Source: Actinomycetes bacterium
GTDB lineage: Bacteria > Actinomycetota > Thermoleophilia > RBG-16-64-13
Length of the DNA stretch: 64,000 nucleotides
Assembly (NCBI GenBank): GCA_024637095.1
Contig: JAGXFV010000024.1
Location: 770-64,769, forward strand
Reading direction: 5' to 3'
The notes under the pieces were generated by a model. That model was not told the DNA's origin and did not search any database. It saw only the letters and a program-made list of their open reading frames with translations. Both the position numbers and the translations under genes were made by a program. Below, piece by piece: positions 39,460-49,595 of this stretch. Positions within the stretch are counted from its first letter, which is position 1, and each line of letters begins with the position of its first letter.

Positions 39460-40436
39460 GGGCGCGCGCGGTCAGGATTCACGAAACCGGCGGACCCCAG
39501 GTTCTCCACCTCGAGGAAGTCGAGGTCCCTGAACCGGGACCGGGCGAGGCCCGGGTAAGGAACGAGTTTGCCGGCGTCAACTTCATCGACACCTACCACC
39601 GCGCCGGTCTCTATCCGTCAAAGTTGCCTCTGGTTCTGGGTCAGGAAGGTGCGGGAGTGGTCGAATCGGTGGGACAGGGGGTGCAGGCCATAGCTGCTGG
39701 AGATCGGGTTGCCTACGCGGGGGGACCACCCGGCTCCTACTCCGACCTCCGCCTAATCCAGGCCGACCGACTCGTCCCGCTCCCCGGCGAAATTGACACG
39801 AATACCGCTGCGGCCATCACCTTGCGGGGAATGACGGTGGAGTACCTCATCCGGCGAACCTTCCCCGTGGCCAAGGGCATGACCGTGCTCTGGCATGCCG
39901 CGGCAGGCGGGGTCGGACTGCTGGCCTGTGAGTGGCTCTCCTCACTGGGGGCAACGGTGATAGGCACCGTGGGCAGCGACAAGAAGGCGAGACTGGCCCG
40001 CGATCACGGCTGCACACACACCATCAATTACAAGGAAGAAGACTTCGTCGAGCGCGTGCGCGAGCTGACCGAAGGGGAAGGCGTGCCGGTGGTCTACGAC
40101 GGGGTCGGCCGTTCCACCCTGTCCGGCTCGTTGGACTGCCTGGCCCCCCGGGGACTATGCGTCTCCTTCGGCAATGCTTCGGGCAAGCCGGAGCCGGTGG
40201 ACGTCCTGACCCTGGCGGAGAAAGGGTCGGTGTACCTCACCCGCCCCCGCCTGGGAGACTACACGCGAACCCGTGACGAACTCCTGGCGAGCGCCTCGAC
40301 GCTCTTTGAAGCCGTCATCCAGGGTCGGGTCGCCGTCGAGATCGGGCAAGAATACGCGCTGGAGCAGGCGGCTGAGGCCCAAGAGGCGCTGGAGGAAAGA
40401 CAGACCGTGGGCTCCACCATCCTCAGCATGGGTTGA
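39456..40436 (+). CDS. qor: NADPH:quinone oxidoreductase (zeta-crystallin family)
   Basis: GVNFIDTYHRAGLY, HAAAGGVG, VVYDGVG, SFGNASG, KGSVYLTRP. Confidence 0.92.
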   Translation: MRARAVRIHETGGPQVLHLEEVEVPEPGPGEARVRNEFAGVNFIDTYHRAGLYPSKLPLVLGQEGAGVVESVGQGVQAIAAGDRVAYAGGPPGSYSDLRLIQADRLVPLPGEIDTNTAAAITLRGMTVEYLIRRTFPVAKGMTVLWHAAAGGVGLLACEWLSSLGATVIGTVGSDKKARLARDHGCTHTINYKEEDFVERVRELTEGEGVPVVYDGVGRSTLSGSLDCLAPRGLCVSFGNASGKPEPVDVLTLAEKGSVYLTRPRLGDYTRTRDELLASASTLFEAVIQGRVAVEIGQEYALEQAAEAQEALEERQTVGSTILSMG

Positions 40437-40550
40437 GAGGACGGTTGGATCGCCGCTCCTGATTGAGCACCTGGGCCTCCGGGAAGTCTTGAACGCAAAG
40501 CCGAAAGAGTGAGAGTCCAGACGCATCCGGACCAACGAGTGGAGGCGGGT

Positions 40551-40826
40551 ATGGCCGAGAAGGAAAGGGTTTCGTACTGTCTGGTCTGTCGGCAGGAGGA
40601 TGAGCACTTGGTGCGCAGACGCTGCGGGGCCGAAGCCCAGCGGCAGGCGGGACTCACTCCCGCGATGGAACTGGGGACCGGTGCCTGCTCGCACGACGAC
40701 CGGATGGCGTGGTGCCACGACTGGCCCGAAGAAACGGTCACCTGGCTGCGCCGTCAGGTGGAGGACATCACCGACGCCGAGGTGACGGACGGCCTTCCTT
40801 CCGGTTTCGACCGGATTCAGTGCTGA
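40551..40826 (+). CDS. Small Cys/His-rich hypothetical protein
   Basis: GGAGG RBS; CLVC...C...CSH...CH, C-terminal Cys. Confidence 0.55.
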   Translation: MAEKERVSYCLVCRQEDEHLVRRRCGAEAQRQAGLTPAMELGTGACSHDDRMAWCHDWPEETVTWLRRQVEDITDAEVTDGLPSGFDRIQC

Positions 40827-40842
40827 GCGAGCACGCCCCTGG

Positions 40843-41223
40843 TTACTTGGCGTAGCGGCGGCGCAGGCGCGGCGCCTCCAACAGGGCTCCCGCCAAGAGG
40901 GTGAACCCGGCAACTCCAAAGAGGATTGCCAGCATTCTCCCGTATGGCTCACCCAAGCCACGGCGCTGTCCGAGCAGGAGCAGCGCAGTGGTCACCCACT
41001 CAAAGGCCCCGAACAGGAGCGCCACCTGCACCACGCGCGCGGCCCAGCGCCGCCGCACCAGCAAGAGCAGCGGCAGCAGCAGGAAAAGCATCATCAATTG
41101 TGGCTGGAAGGACCGGAGATAGTGGGCCACCAGCAGCAGGCAGGCAAGCAGCACCGGAAGCAGCAAGGCGATCTCGACGACCGCGCCACGGGCGTATCTT
41201 CGCGGTGATACCATCTGCTCCAT
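40843..41223 (-). CDS. Small multi-TM membrane protein
   Basis: Hydrophobic LLVAHYLR...WAARVVQVALLFGAFEW...RMLAILFGVA. Confidence 0.7.
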   Translation of the reverse strand: MEQMVSPRRYARGAVVEIALLLPVLLACLLLVAHYLRSFQPQLMMLFLLLPLLLLVRRRWAARVVQVALLFGAFEWVTTALLLLGQRRGLGEPYGRMLAILFGVAGFTLLAGALLEAPRLRRRYAK

Positions 41224-41260
41224 AAATCTACTTTTCACTAGATAAAGGTTGGAATCTCCC

Positions 41261-41755
41261 GTGGGCAAAGATAGCAGTTTCCGTCCTCCCCTTCTCCTTC
41301 TAGCCGCGTTTTTGGTCGCGATCGCCGGGAGCCTGCTCCTGGTCTCCTGCTCGTCTGACGAGGGGGAGCCGACGGACACCGGAGCCGCCACCGAAGACAC
41401 GGCTGCGGGTTCCGGCACGACGTCGGCGCCGAGCAGCGACCCTTACACCGACATCGCTCCCGATGAGTTGGCGCAGATGCTGGAGAGCAAAGACTTCCTC
41501 CTGATCAACACGCACGTCCCCTACGAGGGCGAGATCGAGCAAACCGACCTCTTCATCCCCTTCGATCAGCCGGTGGATGAGATTACGGAACTACCCGAAG
41601 ACAAGTCGACCAAAATGGTGCTGTACTGCCAGAGCGATCGCATGAGCCGCATCGCCGCCGAAGCCTGGGCGGACGCGGGCTACGACAATCTCTACAACCT
41701 GGACGGCGGCTTCGTCGCCTGGGAACAGGCGGGATACGAGCTGCTGCAGAAGTAG
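41261..41755 (+). CDS. Rhodanese-like domain lipoprotein
   Basis: Lipobox LVSC; LYCQSDRMS; NLDGGFVAW. Confidence 0.85.
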   Translation: MGKDSSFRPPLLLLAAFLVAIAGSLLLVSCSSDEGEPTDTGAATEDTAAGSGTTSAPSSDPYTDIAPDELAQMLESKDFLLINTHVPYEGEIEQTDLFIPFDQPVDEITELPEDKSTKMVLYCQSDRMSRIAAEAWADAGYDNLYNLDGGFVAWEQAGYELLQK

Positions 41756-41812
41756 CCGGCTCCCCGGTGTTCCTCCACTTCACCGTCCACGAACACCCCG
41801 AGGAAGGCGACG

Positions 41813-42295
41813 ATGTCCGGTCTCGAGATCATTGTGGCGCTGTTGATGCTCCTGGGGCTAGCGGGCACCATCATCCCCTACTTCCCCGGAATACTGCTGG
41901 TTCTAGGGGGGGCCGCTTTATGGGCGCTTCTTGGGGATGTCGGCCGGACGGGTTGGGTCACGTTGGGCATTCTCGTAGCGATCGGCGTGACGGGGATGGT
42001 GCTCTCCACCCTGCTCTCTGTGCGCATGGCCGCAGGCAGAGGCGCCTCGCGCTGGATCCTGGGCGTAGGTCTATTAGGCGTGGTCGTCGGTTTCTTTGTC
42101 ATCCCCGTGGTGGGAGCCCTGATCGGTGGGCCGATCGCCATTCTCCTCGCCGAGTTCTACCGGGTTCGTGATCTGGACCGGGCGTGGACTCTGACCGTCC
42201 GAGCCCTCAAGGGTGTGGGGGTGGGAATACTGGTCGAATTCGTGACCGCCGTAGCCCTCATCGCCATCTGGGTATCAGTGGTGCTCTTCGTCTGA
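41813..42295 (+). CDS. DUF456-like membrane protein
   Basis: GLAGTIIPYFPG, GFFVIPVVGALIG; Gly-rich TM helices. Confidence 0.8.
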   Translation: MSGLEIIVALLMLLGLAGTIIPYFPGILLVLGGAALWALLGDVGRTGWVTLGILVAIGVTGMVLSTLLSVRMAAGRGASRWILGVGLLGVVVGFFVIPVVGALIGGPIAILLAEFYRVRDLDRAWTLTVRALKGVGVGILVEFVTAVALIAIWVSVVLFV

Positions 42296-42302
42296 GGTGG
42301 CC

Positions 42303-42352
42303 TGGAAGCCGACCAGGGGGACTCGAACCCCTGACCTGCTCAAATTGCGAGT
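42303..42352 (-). mobile_element. Degenerate tRNA-Thr 3' fragment (old att scar)
   Basis: Shares a 26-bp exact core (ggggactcgaacccctgacctgctca) with 61488-61513; no tRNA 5' half. Confidence 0.75.
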
Positions 42353-42412
42353 CCTCCAGGACCACCGTCCATGACCTGTTGCAGTGTGGATTGTGCAGGC
42401 ATTTTCGGGAGC

Positions 42413-44707
42413 CTAGCCCATGATCCGCTTGAGTAGGGTCTTCACGGGACCGCCGTGCTTCTTGACCACCATCACCGACGAAGGCGAGTAGCGGGCCACC
42501 TTCTCCGGGATCTCACCAAAGAGCACCTGCCCCAGCCAGGGTTCGTTCGCCGCGCCGATGGCCACCAGGTCGAACTCCCGGCTCGCCTTGGCAATACCGC
42601 CTGCCACTCCCTTGGCCTCCACAATGGTCGCGTCGGTGAAGACGTCTCCCTCGATCAGCTTGAGCGTCTGCTCGATGTTTTCCAGCGCGGCCTGACGCTG
42701 CTGCTCGCCGGCTCCCGGCGGCACCACCTGCATGCCGGTAACCGTCAGCTCGAGCTCCTCGGCGATCGCTCCCAGCATCACCGCAGCCAGTTGGGCGTTC
42801 ACGCCCCCGGCGGAGGGAAGCAGGCAACTCCGCGGCTGTCCCGACCCCACCAGTTTGAGCAGCATCACGTCGCACGGGGCCAGGCGCACCACTCTGTCGA
42901 CCACCTCGCCGAAGATGCGCCGGCGTGTGTTGGTGTAGCCCTTCCAACCCATGACCAGTAGCTCCGCGCGGTGATTTTCGGCGGCGGCCAGCAACCCCTC
43001 GGAGGCAACGTGGGCCACCACCAGGTCGGTATCGAGCTCAAAGCCGCGCTCGCGCGCGATAGCCCGCGCCTGCTCCAGTAGCGGCTCGCGATGGTGGCTG
43101 AAGCGGGAGCCCTCGTGGATGGGAACCTGGCGGGGCACCCGCACCACCGTGACCGCGATGAGGTGCACTCCCCGCTGGCGGGCGACCGGATAAGCAAATT
43201 CCAAGAGTCTCTCCACCGTATCCGGATTGTGCAGCGCGACCACCACGGTGGGTTCCTCGCTGATTGAGGGACCGCGCGCTTTGGTAAGCAGCACCTGGGG
43301 TTCGAGCTCGGCCGCACGCTTCTCGAAGACCGCGTAGTAGAGTAGCAATCCCAGCGCCACCCAGCCCGCGGTGACGTACCAGGCGACCGGCTGAAAGTTG
43401 AACTGGTAGAGGGCCAGGAAGATGTTGAGAGTGAAGCCCAGAACCGGCACCCAGGGATAGAGAGGCAGGCGGTAGCGGCGGGGAATGTCGGGATACTTGC
43501 GGCGCAGGGCGATCACCGAGAGGTTGACCATGGCGAAGGTCAGCAAAAACATCAGACTGGCAGCGGAGCCCACCGCTTCCAGGGGCAGGACCATAGCGAC
43601 GGCGAGGAGCATGGCGCCGGTAACCAGGATTGCGATCCGCGGCGTCCGCCGCACAGGGTCGATCTGGGACATCTTGCTCGGCAGCAGCACGTCCCGGCTC
43701 ATCGAAAACGCCACCCGGGAGGCGGCCATCACCGTGGCGTTCAGGGCGGACATGGTGGAAAGCAGGCCGCCGACGACGATGAGCGCCACGCCGAAGGCCG
43801 GCATGAAGCTCTCGGCGGCCTTGACGATCGCGGTCTCGCCGTGGAGCCCCAGGAACTGCCAGGAGGGCAGACCGCTCTCGGGACGGATGGCGGCCAGAGC
43901 CACGAACACGATCAGCAGATAGACCGCCACCGTCACCCCCAGGGAGATGAAGGTTGCGCGAGGGATGTTCTTCTCCGGCTCCTTGATCTCCTCGGAGACG
44001 GTGGCAATCAGGTCATAACCCTCGAAGGCGATGAAGGTGAGGCCCATGGCCACGAGCACGCCCCCCACGCCCTCGGGAAGGAAGGGCGTAAAGCTGTCGA
44101 GCGCCACGTCCGGCTCCCCCAGGATCCGGTTCAACCCGAAGGCGATGAAGACGGCGAGAATCGCCAGTTTGGCCAGAGTGAGGAAGTTCTCCGCCTTGCC
44201 GGTGACTGCAGCTCCGCGGATGTTCAGCCAGGTGAAGGCGGCACCCACCACCACGGTGACTGCGAGCATCGCCGACGTATGCCCGGTGAGCTCGAACAGA
44301 GATTCGGTCGTTCCGGGAAGGTACTTCTCGAAGACCTCCCAGAAGTAGCTGGCAAAAGCCAGAGCGTACAGACTACAGGCCACGGTGTAGGCGAACCAGA
44401 GCATCCAGCCGGCCACGAACCCGGCCACCCCCTCGAAGGCCATCCTGACGAACGAGTAGCCGCCGCCGGCCCGGGGCACCGCCGAAGCCAGTTCGGCGTA
44501 GACGAAGGCGGTCAGCAGGGTGACGAGGCCATTGGCGCCAAAAGCCAGGATGGAGGCGGGCCCCGCTTCGCCGGCGGCGATCCCCGTGAGCACGAAGATG
44601 CCCGCGCCGATCATCGCACCGATGCCGATCATGGTGGCTTCGAAGAGCCCCAGGTCGCGGGCGAAAGTGGCTTCTTGTCCCGTAGCCGCAGTCGGCTCGG
44701 TGGTCAT
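42413..44707 (-). CDS. APC-family amino-acid permease with two C-terminal USP-like domains
   Basis: GAMIGAGIF, YAELASAVPRAGGGY, AFEGYD; C-terminal LVMGW...FGEVVD...APCDV and FGEIPEKVARYSPSSVMVVK. Confidence 0.9.
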   Translation of the reverse strand: MTTEPTAATGQEATFARDLGLFEATMIGIGAMIGAGIFVLTGIAAGEAGPASILAFGANGLVTLLTAFVYAELASAVPRAGGGYSFVRMAFEGVAGFVAGWMLWFAYTVACSLYALAFASYFWEVFEKYLPGTTESLFELTGHTSAMLAVTVVVGAAFTWLNIRGAAVTGKAENFLTLAKLAILAVFIAFGLNRILGEPDVALDSFTPFLPEGVGGVLVAMGLTFIAFEGYDLIATVSEEIKEPEKNIPRATFISLGVTVAVYLLIVFVALAAIRPESGLPSWQFLGLHGETAIVKAAESFMPAFGVALIVVGGLLSTMSALNATVMAASRVAFSMSRDVLLPSKMSQIDPVRRTPRIAILVTGAMLLAVAMVLPLEAVGSAASLMFLLTFAMVNLSVIALRRKYPDIPRRYRLPLYPWVPVLGFTLNIFLALYQFNFQPVAWYVTAGWVALGLLLYYAVFEKRAAELEPQVLLTKARGPSISEEPTVVVALHNPDTVERLLEFAYPVARQRGVHLIAVTVVRVPRQVPIHEGSRFSHHREPLLEQARAIARERGFELDTDLVVAHVASEGLLAAAENHRAELLVMGWKGYTNTRRRIFGEVVDRVVRLAPCDVMLLKLVGSGQPRSCLLPSAGGVNAQLAAVMLGAIAEELELTVTGMQVVPPGAGEQQRQAALENIEQTLKLIEGDVFTDATIVEAKGVAGGIAKASREFDLVAIGAANEPWLGQVLFGEIPEKVARYSPSSVMVVKKHGGPVKTLLKRIMG

Positions 44708-45027
44708 CGGCTCGCTCGTCGCCAAGTGGCCCGCTCCCTCCGGCAAGTCGTCGTGGCAACGCGCCCCGGGGCGCGACGGCTCCTCTGCGAGGTCCCGGTA
44801 TTTTACGGACCGGGGGCCCTGGGTTCAACCAAAGCTCCCCCGTCGCACGCCGCCTGTGCTGCCGAGTTTGTCCGAGGGCGGTTCCCCCGCTCAGAGAGGG
44901 CGCGACCAGGGTAGAAGGCGGTCGTGACGCCTCGGGGCGAATGCCCAGCCGTCGGACAGAACCTGCGTCGGAAAGAAGGTTGTCTGTGCCCGCAGCAAGA
45001 CCAACTGGACGGACCGGGTAGCCCAAG

Positions 45028-46320
45028 ATGAGGCGGAATATCTGGCTGCTCGCCCTGGCTCAGGCCCTCCTCTTGACAGGCAGCGCACTGGTGGCCTCGA
45101 CCGCAGCGCTCGTCGGCAAAGAACTCAGCCCCTACCCCCTCCTCGCCACCCTGCCCCTGGCGGCCCAGCTGGTGGGCACCATGCTGACGACGATTCCCGC
45201 CGCGCTGCTCATGGCCCGGATCGGCCGGCGCGCGGGCTTCTCGGTAGGGGCGGCGCTGGGACTTGCGGGGGCAATAATCGCGACCTTCGCCGTGCTCGGC
45301 GGGCGCTTTTACCTCTTTTCCCTGGGCACGGCTCTCATCGGCGTGTTCAACGGTTTTGGGGTCTACTACCGCTTCGCCGCCGCCGACGCCGCCACTCCCT
45401 CATACCGCAGCCGCGCCGTCTCCTACGTCCTCGCCGGGGGTGTAGTGGCGGCAGTCGCCGGCCCCAGCCTGGCGCGCTGGACGCGCACCCTGATCGGCGA
45501 GGCCGAGTTTGCGGGCAGCTTTCTGGGCCTGGTGGGTGTCTACGCCGTTGCCGTCTTCATCCCGCTGCTAACCACTCTGCGAAAACCGGAAGAGACGGAA
45601 CTCGCCGCCGCGGGGCGCCCGCTCGTCCAGGTCGCTCGGCAGCCCGCCTACCTGGTGGCGGTGATCGCGGCCACCATGGGTTACGCCTTCATGGTCCTGC
45701 TGATGACCGCCACCCCCCTAGCCATGGACGCGAAGGCCTTCACCTTCGGGCTGATCGCCTTTGTCATACAGGGGCACGTGCTCGGGATGTACGCGCCTTC
45801 CTTCGTGACTGGGGGACTAATCGGGCGACTCGGCGTGCTTCAGGTAATGCTCCTGGGGGCCACGCTGGGCGCCGCGGCGGTTGCCGTCAACCTCGCCGGG
45901 ACCAGCGGGGTGCACTTCACAATCGCCCTCGTGTTGCTCGGCGTCGCCTGGAACTTCCTCTTCATCGGGGGCACCACGCTGCTCACCGAGACCTACCGGC
46001 CGGCCGAGCGGGCCAAGGCCCAGGCGTTGAACGACTTCACCGTCTGGACCGCGGTGGTCGCAGCTTCCCTGTCCGCGGGCGCCCTGCAGCAGGCCTTCGG
46101 CTGGCGGGCAGTCAACCTTGGCGCCATCCCGCTCATCCTGATCGCCGCCGGCGCGGTTGGCTGGCTATGGCTCAAGCGGCGGGGGATGCCCGGGCCGCTC
46201 ACAGCCGGGCAGGTCCAAGCCGAGCCGCGGAGCGAAGAAGGACCCTCCCTGGAGGACCCCGCGTTGATCCCCGGACCCGGCCTGCCCACCCCGGACTCCG
46301 GCGAAAAGGCCCCTGCGTAG
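45028..46320 (+). CDS. MFS transporter
   Basis: About 12 TM; MARIGRRAG motif A, YRFAAADAA, HVLGMYAPS, WNFLFIGGT. Confidence 0.9.
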   Translation: MRRNIWLLALAQALLLTGSALVASTAALVGKELSPYPLLATLPLAAQLVGTMLTTIPAALLMARIGRRAGFSVGAALGLAGAIIATFAVLGGRFYLFSLGTALIGVFNGFGVYYRFAAADAATPSYRSRAVSYVLAGGVVAAVAGPSLARWTRTLIGEAEFAGSFLGLVGVYAVAVFIPLLTTLRKPEETELAAAGRPLVQVARQPAYLVAVIAATMGYAFMVLLMTATPLAMDAKAFTFGLIAFVIQGHVLGMYAPSFVTGGLIGRLGVLQVMLLGATLGAAAVAVNLAGTSGVHFTIALVLLGVAWNFLFIGGTTLLTETYRPAERAKAQALNDFTVWTAVVAASLSAGALQQAFGWRAVNLGAIPLILIAAGAVGWLWLKRRGMPGPLTAGQVQAEPRSEEGPSLEDPALIPGPGLPTPDSGEKAPA

Positions 46321-46362
46321 CCGCGACCGCTCCAGCAGGCGCCCCCGGCGTCACCGACGGAC

Positions 46363-46426
46363 TGTCAAGTATTATTGACACCCTGTCCGTTTTTGGTTAC
46401 TATTCCTCTGTCAAATTTATTAGACA
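46363..46426 (+). promoter_or_regulatory. Sigma70 promoter flanked by two 18-bp palindromic operators
   Basis: TTGACA(46375)-17 nt-TACTAT(46398); TGTCAAGTATTATTGACA and TGTCAAATTTATTAGACA. Confidence 0.8.
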
Positions 46427-46443
46427 GGCATAGGAGCCGTCAG

Positions 46444-46863
46444 ATGTCGTTCCAAGAGAAGAGCACCGTTGCCATGACGGGCGCTTTGATAGTCGTGTAC
46501 GGCGCCTACTTCGCCGTCGTGGGAGCCTGGCTGGCGTCGACCCCGACGGACGAGATCGTCTATCAGCCTCTGATGGTGGTTGCCATCGTTCCCTTGGTGG
46601 TCCTCATCGTGCTCAGCCACGCTGTCATCGCCGTCGCAAAACCGAAGGAAGCAAACGCCTACGACGAACGCGACCGCATCGTGGCCCTCCGCGGGGACCG
46701 TCTGGGCGGCCACACCTTGGCTGTCGGCGTATTCGTGGGCCTGGTGCTCGCCATGGCCGAGGTCTCGCCGTTCTTCATCGCCCATGGCCTGCTGCTCGCG
46801 TGGGTTTTGGCGGAGATCACGGGAAATGCAACGAAGCTCATACTCTACCGGCGAGGAGCCTGA
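46444..46863 (+). CDS. 4-TM membrane protein (DERD motif, DUF2178-like)
   Basis: MSFQEK, YDERDRIV, C-terminal YRRG; GGAG RBS. Confidence 0.8.
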   Translation: MSFQEKSTVAMTGALIVVYGAYFAVVGAWLASTPTDEIVYQPLMVVAIVPLVVLIVLSHAVIAVAKPKEANAYDERDRIVALRGDRLGGHTLAVGVFVGLVLAMAEVSPFFIAHGLLLAWVLAEITGNATKLILYRRGA

Positions 46864-46866
46864 CGG

Positions 46867-47082
46867 GTGGCAAAACCGACTCGGGTCACCAACCGGATTC
46901 GTGCTCTGCGTTTTGAAGCCGGCGAGATGACCCAAGGAGAACTTGCCGAGCGCATCGGTGTCACCCGACAGACGGTCAACGCGATCGAGCAGGGCAAATA
47001 CTCACCGTCCCTCGAGGTAGCCTTCAAGATAGCCCGGGTCTTTGGAGTCGCCCTCGAGGAGGCGTTCCAGTACCCGGGCTAG
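46867..47082 (+). CDS. XRE/Cro-family HTH transcriptional regulator
   Basis: MTQGELAERIGVTRQTVNAIEQGKYSPSLEVAFKIARVF. Confidence 0.93.
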   Translation: MAKPTRVTNRIRALRFEAGEMTQGELAERIGVTRQTVNAIEQGKYSPSLEVAFKIARVFGVALEEAFQYPG

Positions 47083-47097
47083 ACCGACCGGGGGCGA

Positions 47098-48552
47098 TCA
47101 GCCGCCTCTGACGCCTCTTTCGATACGTTCTCCGACCTCTGGGTCGATGTTGCGCCAATATTCGAAGGCGCGCTGCAGCACAGGCTCGGACACGCCGTTT
47201 GCCAGATGACCCGCCACATTGGAGACCAGTAGGTCGCGCTGGCGGTCGTCCATGACTTCGCGCACCAGGGTGCCGGGCTGGACGAAGTCGCCGTCATCAC
47301 TGTGCGGAGTGTAGGCGGCGCGGACGAACTCGCCATTGGTGCTCCACACGGCAGCCTCGGGGTACCGCTCGGGGTCGGGCGTGGGTCCCCCCTTGGAGTT
47401 GGGCGTGTAAACCGGATCGGAGACGTTGTCGATCCTCATCTTCCCGCCCTTGCTGTAGTTGTGCACCCCAGCCTTTGGCCGGTTGACGGGGATCTGCTTG
47501 TAGTTGACCCCCAGGCGTGCCCGGTGGGCGTCGCCGTAGGAGATCAAGCGAGCAAGCAGCATCTTGTCCGGGCTGGGCCCGATCCCGGGGACGAGGTTGC
47601 TCGGCTCGAACGCCGCCTGCTCAATCTCGGTGTGAAAATCGCTCGAGTTGCGGTTAAGCGTGAACCGGCCGACCTCCTGCAGGGGGTAGTCGCCGTGAGG
47701 CCAGACCTTGGTGAGGTCGAAGGGGTTGAAGCGGTAGCTCTCGGCCTCTTCGAAGGGCATGATCTGGACCTTGAAAGTCCAACTGGGGTAGTCGCCTCGC
47801 TCGATCGCGTCGAATAGGTCGCGCCGGTGATAGTCGGCGTCCGCCCCGGCTATCTGGTCGGCCTCCTCCTGGGTGAGGTTCTCGATACCCTGGTCGGTCT
47901 TGAAGTGGTACTTCACCCAAAAGCGCTCACCTTCGGCGTTGACCCACATGTACGTGTGGCTCGTATAGCCATTCATGTTGCGGTAGCTCTTGGGGACGCC
48001 TCTGTCGCTCATCAGGATGGTGACCTGGTGGGCGGATTCCGGAGACAGGGTCCAGAAGTCCCACTGCATGTCGTGGTCGCGTAGGCCGCTGTCCGCCCGG
48101 CGTTTCTGGGAGTGGATGAAGTCCTGGAACTTCATCGGGTCGCGGACGAAGAACACCGGCGTGTTGTTGCCCACCATGTCGTAGTTGCCCTCGGTGGTGT
48201 AGAACTTGAGGGCGAAGCCGCGGACGTCGCGCCAGGTGTCGGGGCTGCCGCTCTCGCCGGCTACCGTGGAGAACCGGGCCAGCATGTCGGTCTTCGTCCC
48301 CGGCTGGAACACGGCCGCCTTGGTATAGGCGCTGGCGTCCTGAGTCACCTCGAAGTGCCCAAAGGCCCCCGACCCTTTCGCGTGGGGCTGGCGGTCCGGG
48401 ATCATCTCCCGGTTGAAGTTGGCCATCTGCTCCATGAGGTAGTGATCCTGGAGCAGGATCGGCCCGTCGGGACCGACAGTCAGAGAGAACTCGTCGCTCG
48501 ACACGGGAATCCCCGCATCAGTGGTGGTCGGCTTGCGGCCCTCGGTTCCCAT
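47098..48552 (-). CDS. katA: Monofunctional haem catalase (small subunit)
   Basis: [43 protein letters not shown]. Confidence 0.95.
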   Translation of the reverse strand: MGTEGRKPTTTDAGIPVSSDEFSLTVGPDGPILLQDHYLMEQMANFNREMIPDRQPHAKGSGAFGHFEVTQDASAYTKAAVFQPGTKTDMLARFSTVAGESGSPDTWRDVRGFALKFYTTEGNYDMVGNNTPVFFVRDPMKFQDFIHSQKRRADSGLRDHDMQWDFWTLSPESAHQVTILMSDRGVPKSYRNMNGYTSHTYMWVNAEGERFWVKYHFKTDQGIENLTQEEADQIAGADADYHRRDLFDAIERGDYPSWTFKVQIMPFEEAESYRFNPFDLTKVWPHGDYPLQEVGRFTLNRNSSDFHTEIEQAAFEPSNLVPGIGPSPDKMLLARLISYGDAHRARLGVNYKQIPVNRPKAGVHNYSKGGKMRIDNVSDPVYTPNSKGGPTPDPERYPEAAVWSTNGEFVRAAYTPHSDDGDFVQPGTLVREVMDDRQRDLLVSNVAGHLANGVSEPVLQRAFEYWRNIDPEVGERIERGVRGG

Positions 48553-48798
48553 GGCGTGAATGCCTCGCTTTCTATGCGTCTGGGTGGAATGCGGCTCTTC
48601 AGTCTCACAAAAATACCGCAAGGGCCTGGCAATGACCAAGAGAGCGCCTGCGGAGCGCTCGCTCGAATCCCCGCACAGTGAAGGGCTACGAGTTGGTATC
48701 CCCCAGGTGAGTGGCCCTCTGTCAGCGATTGGCACGGCCGTCCGCGTACTGAAGGACGGCCTGGAGAATGAAGTAGCCGCGCCGCCCCCGCGGCCTGC

Positions 48799-49581
48799 CT
48801 ACTGCTGGTTATCAGCGTAACGCATCTGGGCGAAAGTGGCCCCGACTCCGGCGAGGAACGTCAGGACGACCACCACCAGGCTGGCGGGTGCCAGTGTCTC
48901 GACGCGCGGTCCGGCCACCCCGGCAAACAACGGCACTATCGACCAGGGGAACCATTTTCCCCACCCGGTCGCTCCCAATACATTGCCGAGAACGAGGGTG
49001 AAGATAGCGAAGCCCAGAGGCGGCAAGTAGCCCCTTCCGAGCGTCGCAACCCAGGCCACCGTCGGCACCAAGAGGAAGGCAACGCCCGCAGCGATCAGGA
49101 CGTCACTTGCACCTCCCCAGACGGTCCCTGCCGAAAGACCGGATAGACCGAGTGTCAGACCGAGCACCACCGTCTCCACAATCGCGAAGATCGAGAGTCC
49201 GGCGAACCAAACGAACACTACGGCAAGCTTCGCGAGGGCAAAACGATAGCGAGGGACCGGAAGGGCCAACATGTTCTTCGCCGTTCCTTCGGCGTACTCG
49301 CGGCCAAAGACGTAGGCCGCAATGACAGCGAGAAGGATCATCCCTCCGAGCCCGGAGATCTGGGTCAAGAGGAGGAAGTAGCTCTCCCAGGTGGCGTCCA
49401 GGCCGGCCAAGTCGGCCTTGGTACCAAGGAGACCTAGCTGACCGGCCCGCTCGGGGTCGCGTACGATCCACATGAAAAGCGCACCGACCGATGGTCCGGT
49501 GGCGTAGGCGAGCAAAGAGAGCCACGTAACCTTGCTGCGTCGCAGCTTCAGAAATTCGGTCGTGAGCGTTGGTGCCGTCAT
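48799..49581 (-). CDS. ABC-2 type permease (bacitracin/lantibiotic-resistance-like)
   Basis: EFLKLRRS, FGREYAEGTAKNMLALP; 6 TM. Confidence 0.85.
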   Translation of the reverse strand: MTAPTLTTEFLKLRRSKVTWLSLLAYATGPSVGALFMWIVRDPERAGQLGLLGTKADLAGLDATWESYFLLLTQISGLGGMILLAVIAAYVFGREYAEGTAKNMLALPVPRYRFALAKLAVVFVWFAGLSIFAIVETVVLGLTLGLSGLSAGTVWGGASDVLIAAGVAFLLVPTVAWVATLGRGYLPPLGFAIFTLVLGNVLGATGWGKWFPWSIVPLFAGVAGPRVETLAPASLVVVVLTFLAGVGATFAQMRYADNQQ

Positions 49582-49595
49582 CCAAAGTCCCCCCG

